From NCBI GenBank assembly GCA_000002445.1, contig CP000066.1, positions 352,001 through 416,000 on the forward strand: DNA of 64,000 nt, read 5' to 3'. The translations under genes were made by a program, and so were the position numbers. Each line of letters begins with the position of its first letter. Positions within the stretch are counted from its first letter, which is position 1. Below, piece by piece: positions 1-10,700 of the stretch. The notes beneath the pieces were generated by a model, which made no database searches, was not told where the DNA came from, and saw only the letters and a program-made list of their open reading frames with translations. This DNA comes from Trypanosoma brucei. Taxonomy: Eukaryota.

Positions 1-869
1 AGTTGAAGTGTAATCCCAATAGGGTCACGTCACCGTTATTTGTTAGCTGTAAAATTTTCTTTACATACTGTCAGTTTAAATTGACCGCTGCAGTTGTGAT
101 TTGTAATCATATATTATAGGGGGACGAGAGGAGAGGATGTGTATTATTGTTTCTACGGTGAATGTGGGACGGTAACTTGAGTATAACCAATAGCAACAAG
201 AAAGGATCTATTTTTTTTTGTTTTTGTTTTTGGTGTTTTATGAAGGGTCTGTAGGTTCAAGAAGACGACTTGAGCGTGGTTTCTTCTTCTTGTGCCCTTG
301 AATTAAGTTAATGATGGTCGTGAATTGCATCGTGTGCCCTTATGTATGTATATATATATATATATATACGGGTGCTTGTGTTTGTATCAGTGAGATGCAG
401 GGAAACCATGAAGGCGAACACAACGGAATGTCTAACTGATCCCCCTTTACGTGTAGCGTGTTTCACATTGCTCCGTCTTGTGTTGATGTTTATTGTTTAG
501 GGGTGGCAGAACGTTGAAAGGTTATTGCATGACTTAATAACAAATAATTGAAACGAAAAGAACTAAGCTGGTGAAACGGATTAGTGGCCACTCCGTTTCA
601 GAAACAGTGTATGACACTTTAAACTGCATTGTGTTGAGTGATGGGTGAGATGGCTTCCTTATTGTGTTACTGTGCAAGTAAGTTTTGAGTACACGCTAAA
701 TCCGAATACATCAATCCTTTTTTTTTTCGAATTTCCCATTATGTTCACACAAGTAAACGTCTATTTCATACGCAGTTAGTTGTGAATTAGACCTTTATTA
801 TCGCTATCAAACAATTGTTACCAAACATACATAAAGGGGGGAGGTTTATTTATTTATATATTTTGAACA

Positions 870-1367
870 ATGCCGCGTCCCTTTGGTGTGTGGGCTCCTG
901 CGACAACCCTCGCGGAGTACCGCGCCCGTATTCCTGGTATGAGCAATTTTAAGCTGCGATGGGTATTTGGTGCTCGGCGAGAGGTTTATTACCACCCGGA
1001 GGCACTTGCTCACTTTAAGGACCATCAACAATATAAAGACGCTGTGGATACCGTACGTGCAATGCGCACTTCCGACAAGTTCTTCGGTGAGGGCGTCAAG
1101 TTACCGCACCACCCCCTCATTAAGATGGGTGTTATATTGTCGATTCATGGTTATTTGACGTACTGCTGCCTGCGATATTACTATGGTACGCATGTTCCGG
1201 CCAATAATCCAACATGGAGAAAAATTGTGAACAAGGAGTGGGAGGAGGCAATTAACAACTCTCCATGGGATCATATGTCGCACGTGTGGCAATACAGTGA
1301 TCAATACGCGTCGTCCATTGGCGAGGCGGCAGCCCTGGGCAGACGTAAGTTCTATATTCCTGCCTAG
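870..1367 (+). CDS. hypothetical protein (165 aa), first ORF of the + strand gene block in this window
   Basis: Long ORF in the same orientation as the downstream polycistron. A poly-T/pyrimidine tract (200-300) lies upstream, as expected for trans-splicing. No recognisable domain. Confidence 0.4.
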   Translation: MPRPFGVWAPATTLAEYRARIPGMSNFKLRWVFGARREVYYHPEALAHFKDHQQYKDAVDTVRAMRTSDKFFGEGVKLPHHPLIKMGVILSIHGYLTYCCLRYYYGTHVPANNPTWRKIVNKEWEEAINNSPWDHMSHVWQYSDQYASSIGEAAALGRRKFYIPA

Positions 1368-1758
1368 TACAATATGCATGGATGTTAAATTATCTCCGTT
1401 GTCGTTCGTTCGTTTATTGGTTCCTTTGGGCTATTATTATTTTTCCTTCTTGTTTAGTAGCACTAGTAGGTAGGGTTATCGATTCGGTGAAGACGATGTA
1501 ATATTATGTTATTATAATCATTATTATTATTATTTGCGAGAATGGAGCCAAACATTAGTAAAAGAAAGTTGGAAATCAGGGGAAACATATGTGTGCATTT
1601 TCTTTTTGTATTGAAGGTCTTATGTTACACGCCAAAAACGTTCACAACTGCATTCCGTATATTTATGTTGTCTCACTTTTAATTTTTGTATTCTGTTTAT
1701 TTTTGCGATTTACATGCTTCTCCTTATCCCTCTGTATGTTTAGTGGGGGGAAAACAGA

Positions 1759-4700
1759 GTGTTAGGAGGCGCGTTTGTAAGCGCACACAACGCTCGTTTC
1801 CAAAAGAGGGACGGAAATAACGTCATTTCTTTTCCATTGAAAGAAACCTCCGCTGAAGTGCACCACCGAATGGAGGCGCCCGGGGGTCAATTAACCATCG
1901 CGCGGCTTGAAATTCGGCGCTTTTGTCTCCAACCAGAGGAATTAGTGCAGCGTTGCGCCCAGCCAAGCGCCGGTAGTGTTGGCGGTTCTGTACAGCTTTA
2001 TGTTTCATTCACCACTCCGCGTGGTGTAGAGATAAGTCTGCAAGGGGTGGCCGCCAACCAACAAACCGATGAGAAGGGCGTAAGGCGAGTTCAGTGCGCA
2101 GCAAATACAAACCTCATGGATGTTTCTTTTGTTGTGACACAACTCAAAACAGACGGGATCCAGAAAGATGGGTGTGAATCCGTAAAGAGTGTTATGTGTC
2201 AGGTTTGGTATAGTCGAGCAGAGCAGCAGGAACAAGTTATGAAAGGAGGAGGGGGAGAGGCTAAACTCCCCGTTAACAATCTCGTGGATGGAGACTGGTC
2301 GTCGTTTGAAGATTCGCCTCCTTCCTCAATAACAGCGTTGCCACATGTTGAGGACGAAGAAAAGTTGGAGGAGAAAGCACCGGCGGCAGTTGAGTCGCAT
2401 TGGGAGGTTCTTGCAGATGTCAGTCTTGAAATTATGAAATATGGTGTACAAACGGTCAATTTTGCGATGGGGGATGTGGCAAAGGAGTACACTAGCGCGT
2501 CACTGCAAGCTTCGATATTCATAGAGCCGAAGTTGCTTGCGGTAGAAATAGAGGAAGCAGCTGCTCCACTCGCAACTAAACCTCCAGTTGAGACAACGCA
2601 ACCGGGGTTACCGCCGGACAACAATCCCTTATCACTGGATCACGGGACGGCTCCCTCGACAGGATTTGCTGAGGAACGTTGTGGTGAAGCTACCTCTGCT
2701 CCTTCTGGTAGATCCACTGCTGTCGGTACCGGTGAGGCACCAGTTTGTGGAGCGGGCGTGGTAGAAGTGCCAAAGGGAAATATGGAGGCAGCCACTCAAG
2801 AACAGGCAGATACAATGGTTGTTGTGCTTGCGGAGCAGCCGAAACATATGGGAGCACGATGGCTACTACTACTAGATATGTCCCGATGGGATGATTGTGA
2901 ACCTAACGGTAGTGATGAACTTAAACAAGAAAAAGTAAATGTTGCCACCCAAGGTGCTGGTGATGCCACTAGCCGGAGTGTAGTTGAGGGTGGCATTCTG
3001 TTCCGGTTGGTGTTGTGTGGGGCGGATGCGAACGTGTTAGCGTATGGTTCTCCGTTCAGTGGGTCATTGTGTCGCACCAGTGGTTGGAGCGATGCCTTGC
3101 TGGCTGTCGGTGACGACATAGTTGCTTGTTCCGTTGTCTCTGTAAAGCTTCAGATGTTCAACCACAATGCGATGCCTAACTGCCAGACCGATGCGGAGGC
3201 GACCGCTGAACCCTTACAGCTGAATAACACGTCGCGTGAAGCGGCGAAGGCATGGGTGACAGTAGCTTCCTCTCAACTTGTGCCGATTGCTTCACTATTA
3301 GCTTCACTGAAGGAGTCCTCGATGCTCCCGATACCGTTGACTGCGGTGGACCTCCCAAGTGCCGTAGCACCCCCGACCGAGTTCGTGTCTGTGAACAGAG
3401 GGCAAACGATAAGTGCGCAAGCGAGTTTAGTTAGGGTTCCAGCTGTTGTCGGTGAAACAAAAAGTGTTAGACATTGGATGAAGACAATCAGGATCGCAAC
3501 GGACTGCTTCTTCAGGAAATCGTGTCAAACACTCGACACAGTCGCACCTCCAAGTGAGATTAGTCTGCCAAAGGAATGTGAGTGGAAACAAAGTGGAACG
3601 GGGTGGATGTGCTCCGTTGAACTGAATGTGTCTGCGGTGGTGCTACAAAAGGTGGTTCCTTACGTTGATGCGGGTGCAGCGTGGCCTGTAACAGCGCTTT
3701 CCGTTTCTGGTGGTTGCGAAATACTCCTTGAGGAAACTAAAATGAGTGATATTTTCTTCAGTGCCTACACCGACAACGAGTGGTCCGAGACCCGACGCAG
3801 TCCAGTTTCCCATTTTGACACCGTCGTTCAAGCCACGGTTAACGAGACGCATCCCGTGGTTTTAATTACGTTGCACAGTTCAGTATCACAGGAAGTGCTG
3901 TTTGGTCACGCAGTTTTTGCTCCCCTTGGGTTAAGGCAGGATGTAGGTCACGTGTGGTTACCATTACAATATAAGAACCACATTGGATACCATAAGCATG
4001 GTGAGGACGACAGTTCCCCCACTGTAGGGTGGGTTCACTGTAGTTACATTTGTGTGTTCTCTAGTGCGGGCGCCAGTTCTTCCTCTGTGACCGCGGGAAA
4101 TGAGGAGGTTCTTCAGCAACCTGTCCTGTTTCCCTCTCCATTGTCAGTGCCCAAGTACATCGCGTCCCCTTGTCTTACACCCGCTCTGCGATGGAATTCG
4201 ATAGAGGTGTGTATTGTGAAGGCAAGCGACCTGCGTATTGACGTGAATTCATCATCGCGTTGCAGTGACGGTAAGGGCGGAAACGATGGCGGCGCTGGTG
4301 GAAATGTTGAGGGTTTCCTCCACGCTAGTGTGCAGCTTCTTCCCAAGTCTGACCTCAACCCGTTTGTTACTCCCGCTGCTTCTTACGAGTACCCTCACTG
4401 GAATTCCACGTGCAGAGTAGGCATTGCGGCAGCTGCAACACATCTGATCGTGCAGGTCCTTGTTGGTGACGGACGTGGCGGCGAAGGCAAATCTGTTGGA
4501 ATTGTTGATATTACCCGCGTTGCCACTTCAGGTTTCTGGACTACAGCTTCGTGCGATGGGGTGTGGTTGCCTCTGGTTTCCAACCACTCTTCAGGTGGCG
4601 AACGCCGTTACTGCGGTTCTCTGTTTATCCGCTGGTCATTTGGCTGCGTTGGAGATCTGCCTAAAGAGGTCGTTATCGGTATGGGCGCTGCGCTGCGCCC

Positions 4701-7700
4701 TACGTGGAGCAACGTCGGCCTCCCCAGTGCCTCCACTGCCCACAACAATCGGTTTGACAGGGGCCACTGGTTACGGTTGGAACGTGTGGAGGTACAATTA
4801 CCATGGAGGTTGTGGCACATGGGGCGTCATTGTGAGGCACGGTGGAGGGAGGTTCTTGGCCTCAAACCCACGGATATGTTGCCGGACATAACTCTTCGGC
4901 TACAATCAGGAGATTTTACACACGAATCAAACTTGGTGCTGCTGTCCGCGGGTGGTTTCGGTTTTTGTCTGCGTGAAGCTGTTTTCCTTCCACTAACCGA
5001 TAACTTTAACGTGGTTGTGTGCTTTCGTTACCACGGAAATACACTTGCCTCTGAGACGCCTGGTGGAAAGACAACCGCCGGGAGTGAAATTTGTAACACA
5101 GTCACTGTGGCTGAAGGTGAATTGTCTCTTTCTGCGCAAGACCGCGTAGATCTTCTCACTTACCGTCAGCAGCAATCGTGTCGCCGCATATTCATGAGGG
5201 TACATCCCCGGTCGATTTCGCCACATTTTAATATTCCTTTTGGTTTGCTTACCGCTGAGGTTACTTCTTCAGTTATTAAACGAAACGACGAGATCCGCTG
5301 GACTTGGCCTCAACCACATATCGCTGCGTCAGTGGAATTGCAACTTGGAAAAGTTTTTTCCTTGCGGCGCCACGATTCAAAGGACTGGCTTCCCGCTACT
5401 GCGAATGCGGCGTCTCCTCGATGGATCGTAAATGTTAGAGAAACGGGGTCCGCGTGCCCGGAACAAGAGGGAAGTAATAAGGAACGGGTAACGGGTATTT
5501 TGTTCGGTGCTTCACCCAGGGCGGCTGTTCTTCGTGGTGGATGCAGCACCCGCAGTAGTGCAGTGAGTAACTTCGGCGGGCTAAGTTCCCAACACACAGG
5601 AGACGCTGCAGAGAAATTGTACTTGCATTGGCCACCCGCACCGCCGGGCGCTGATCACAGACGACGCCCGCCACCTCCGACTATCGAGCTTTTGCTTTCT
5701 CGCATAGTGGATAATGACGCTGTGGACGTTGGTGGTGACTCGAAAGCCGCACCGAAAATTGAGAAGGAAAGTACCGTGAACGTGGGGGTCGTGACGCTCA
5801 ATTTGGCCAGGTGCTTTTCAGATTCCTCTGGGTCTAGCTTATATGAATTGCACCACCCGCAAACGCCACCGACGGTGGCGGAAGGAAGACCTCCAACGAT
5901 CGGTTACGTGGAGCTGCACTACCTTCATAACTTTGCACAAGATAACAACACAAACCGTGGTGGACAGGAAACGGACAAGGTTGAGCAGGAGCAGCATGAC
6001 AGATGCAGCAGACATTCACTTCTGTTGCTGACTGTGGTTGGAGCACGATACAGGGAACGTGGGCAAATTTCAGCAGCCCCGGTGAGGTCGCAGCGTGATG
6101 GAAAGGAGGGTGTGTCGGTGAAAACGATACTAACATCCTTCGTTGTCGGCGTAGGGCACATGTCATGGCATACCTCAAAGGAAGTGGGTATGACCCCTCA
6201 CTTTGGCAGTACGATGCTGTTTGAACGTCCATATAGTCATACCGGAGAGGACGCTGATGGTGAACGCAATGTTGTAACTGTTCGACTGCAGATGCTGGCA
6301 GAATCGTCAAGTAGGGCGAAGTTAGGCTCCCCCGATCGTGAAGTGGGTGGGAAACAAAAGACATGTTTGCGAGGGGAGCAGAAAGAGGCTGAGATGCTTC
6401 CCACATCATTTGCTCTCCTTCATCTCAACTGGGACACTGTCCCTGCCGCTGTAATGGAGAGAATGAGAGGCTGTTGGCTTCCTCTGTTCACAGCTGCAGC
6501 GCAAATTGATGGCTCATACCATCTTTCCGGAGAAGTGCTCGTCCAGTGGAGTTGGTTTGATCCCTCTTACGGATTTTGGCGGTATGCGCTTCCTCTCTCC
6601 GTCAATCAAATATCACCAATGGATTGTACAATGGCAAGTGTCCCACAAATGTTGGCTGCATCGGAGGACCACGTGGAGACACCTGCATCCTCATTCCCAT
6701 CCTACTTGTCAATTTATATTGATGAATTTACCTTTTCCCATAACGTTGTTGTTGAGACACCGCGGAAAGATACACGAGTATCGCTTATCGTAAGCGTTTG
6801 CGTGAATGGGGAAAGGGGACCGCTCAGCCCGCCGTCTCTTACTGCTTCATCTTGGACGCTTCGGTGCACGGAGGGAGAGGCAGATTCCCTAAAAGTTTGT
6901 TATGGAGACTGTACCGGCGCAACTCCCTTCGAGACCGAAGGGAAACGCAGCAGGTGGAGAGAAAGATGTATACTTCCCTTTTGTTTTCCTGGCGATGCAC
7001 AGCAACAGATATCTTTTCAACTGCGTCACGGCTGGAGTCCGTTCAGTACGGTTGGCGAGGGATGGTTAAGTTGGAAGGGCACGCCATCACAGGGGACTTA
7101 TGCTGTTCCTATCTTTGTAAGCGATGCAAGCTGCCGCAACAGCAGTGACGATTACCAACGGTGCGGCGTTTTGATGGTGTCCGTTGAGCAGGGGCCGCTT
7201 CATTTGAACTCAATGCAGGTAACTACCACTGTCCCACCTCCCTCATCCAATGAGGAAGTGCAATTCGATGATGGGAAAGGCCCTCAGCGTAAGGAAAAGC
7301 ACAGTGGAAAGCATGAGGACCATCACGCGACGGTGGATGGCAATCCTTCATTCATTGTATTGGTGGATCTACGTGTGGACTCAGTTGAGGTTGACGGGTG
7401 GAACGTCCTCCCTGATGATGGTAACTGCCTGGAGTTGGTGGTTTTGGGAGATGCTCTGTATAACAACGGTAAATCAAAACAAACAGTACGGTTGGAAACG
7501 GCATGTTCTCCTTTCGACGGTGGCGCAACCGGTTGGCAAGGTCTGATTTGCGTGCAGAATTCGTCCGAGCTCGAAGTGCACCTCTACCGAAGGACTCAAA
7601 CGGTGCCGGGTAACTCTGTGGAAAAGAGTGTGAGACATCGCATGATAAGTGGTCGGTTTGTGTTAAATCTTTTGCCGTCCGAGGATGGGGGTCTCTGCAG

Positions 7701-10700
7701 CAACTCCCTCTGCGTCGAGTTGCGGCAACGTCCCATGCGCCCCATGACTGCAGACGGCAGTGGCAGTTGGAACTACCCTGTGGGGCAAATGCACGTGACA
7801 TGCCGTCCGCTCTTGCACTCTGGTGTGCTGTACGACCCGCGTAATGTGTTTTTTCAGCGACATCTGGGAGTAGAGTTATTGAAGCTTAAGGGTGTGATTC
7901 ACATGCAAACTGAAGGTGAACGTGCCCGTGGTCGTAGAAATAGTAAAAGGGGGAGAGGACCGCTTTCATATGTTAGTTTGCACTGTGGTGCGGTGACAGT
8001 GAAGTCCCTACCCTTCACTCTTCCTTCTCATCGACACGGAACCTTCAAAGATGTTGAAAGTAATGATGGAATTGATTGTAGTGGTGCATCCACTCCTCAC
8101 TTCACTGAGCGACTCGTGTGTTCTCCGAACGGTGCTACCGAAGTACGCGTTTCGTTGTATCTGGAAAACGATGCGAAGGAACGGAATGACAATGCTGTTG
8201 AAGCGTCTCCCATTCACAACCCCTCGGAGACTGGAAATGCAGAGGATGATGAGGTTTACTATACCAATGTATGTCTGCCTGTTGGTGAAGGGGCTGTGAA
8301 AATTCGTGCACCCTCACGTGACGAAGATGGGTTCAAGAGCGGGGAGGTAATTCCAAAAGATATATGGGTACCGTTCAATAGCGCAGATCCCGGGAGAAAC
8401 ATTTCTGCACTGCTACGGTATAAGTGGTTCCAAAAAGTTACATTTGGTACATGGCTTTCGTGCATTGGCTGGCGCTGCACCTCCGCACCTTTACACCGGC
8501 CATCGCTAATCTTTAGACTCCGATTTCTGGGTGGTGAGTTGTGCAGTTTGCCACTTGATTTGTTTGATCGAGATTTGCCGGAGCAGGAACCGACGTCGCG
8601 ACACTGCACTGTGGCTGCTACGGCCGTCAATGTGGTGCCTTCGCTAAGTAGTCACTGGAGTTTCTCATACATTCAACTTCCAACCATCTGGCCCTTGGGT
8701 GGTCGAGTCGAGCGTGTGGAGCTGCACGACTGTGTTACCGATGGTTTCTCGCTGTTGTTGGGGGTCCATGAGTGGGACGCGGTGGACACCCAACTCCTCA
8801 CTGAGTTGGAGGGGCCTACGGTTAGCCATGATTCCCTCGAGGCAGTTGGAAAGTTTCCCTCGGCGTCCGGTGCCGGGCATTGGCTTTCATTTGGTGAACA
8901 TGCGCTCCTCTTCGCGCGAAGCCGCCGTCCGCCAGTGCCAACGCGGTCGAAACGTTTGTTCGTGCCCTTCTGTTGGTGGCCAGTGGTTGCGGAGTTTCAC
9001 CTCGGCAGTCTCGATTGTAGTGGCGGAACGGTGGAAGCGGGAAGGTTAGCCATAAGTTGTGAGGTCATCCTCGGGCGGTGGCACAAGAACGGGTGGGTGT
9101 GGGAGGAAAATTCACCGACTACACGAGAAGCCTATGCCTCGCAAGTAACTGTGGATGCTTGCGCCGCTGCAGTTCAGGCCACTTGGCGTTGTGATGCATT
9201 TGATGAAGAAACTTTCATTCGACAGTTTTCCGTCGATGAACTGCGACAGGGACGTGAGCGTTATGCCGTACGAACGAAGCTCGTTTGTAGTGTCGTGCCC
9301 ACATGTAGATTTTCCGGCTCCGAGACTCCTTCCAGTGACGAACAACGTGAGACGCCTACTACCACTTACGTGCTTGAAGCTGTGTCGGCTGTGGATGATC
9401 ATCTCGCCAACACCAGCGGCAGGGTATCCCTGAAGTTGGCTGAATGTGGGGCCCACGTGAACGAAGCGACTGCTGGTGCAAAAGTTGAGGGTTCTCTTAC
9501 TCTCGCATGGTCTCTAAAACATGATGAATTGGCGCTTGAAGGAACAAAGGGGGAATCGACGAAAGTCGGGAGGATCCTCCACCAACGTAGCGTCTCGGGT
9601 AAGTCAAATGGTAAAGATAGGGAGGAAAAGGAAACTTCGAAGGTCACGAAGGAGTTACTGCCTGAGTGGGAAGTGGTGTCTGTCGAAGTACGTAACCTAT
9701 CCGTTGTGCAGGATCCTTCACGACAAGCACCAGAGAAACGTGAAAGTTTCGATGTGCCGGTTGTGGTCCAGTTACTCGCATCTGAGCGGAGAAGGCATAA
9801 TAGAGATGGTGAAGGTGGAGCACAAAGCCCTGAGTCACGAAAGAAGAAATCGACGTCACCCCGCGTGTCAAGTGTCTTTGCTTTAGCATCTACTAACGCC
9901 ACACCAGCGCCAGGCGTGAGGCAGTCCTTGTTAAGAGCCAACATTACACCGAATTGGCGTCTAGAGGCACACGAGTGGTCGGACCATCGGAAGGTGTTAA
10001 TGATGTCACTCTGGCAGATGCTTCCAGGAAGTGATGCTTGTGCCTATGCGCTGGGATCGTTACGGCTTGACTCCGTAGTTCGTAGCGCTTACGAGCAATT
10101 TTCTTCAGGGACGCCGGTAGCTGAAGCAGCAAGGGGTTTAAAGGAAGGAACGTCCCTGGAGCAGGACCTGGTGGTAACAGATTGGCTTCCACTCAAACGG
10201 AGCGATTTGCTGCAGGAGTATTGGGGCCTTGCGAGGCTGCAGTTGCGGCCCAATGTAAAAGCGGCAACGGTGGCTGACGCATCTGAGAAAAATATGTCGC
10301 GTGTATACGAGCACCTCCCCATTTGCATCGAGCTGCTCAGCGCGAGCATAGATTCAGCTGAAGACGTGAGTAGGTATGTACAAGAAGGTCGGCTGGGACT
10401 TCTATTTGTCCCTGGATGCAGAGACAGAAAGGAAGGACGTCCTTTGTACAGTTCGACTCTTTTATGTAAAGCAGAAAGAGAGGTCAACGCGGAGCGTGAG
10501 ATAAAGGGGCATGGGGAAAAAACAGCCGAAGGTGAAAATCAGGATGGAAACTTTTCGTGCTCTCTTATGGCGACCACGTCAATCCACACTTTGTTGCTTA
10601 GTGGAGAAGTGCAGAGTGGTCAACCTGCATCAGTTGACGGCGATTGGCTAGGGCTTTTCGTTTTCTTAATTGATCGTGCACATGAGGGTGAGAGGATAAA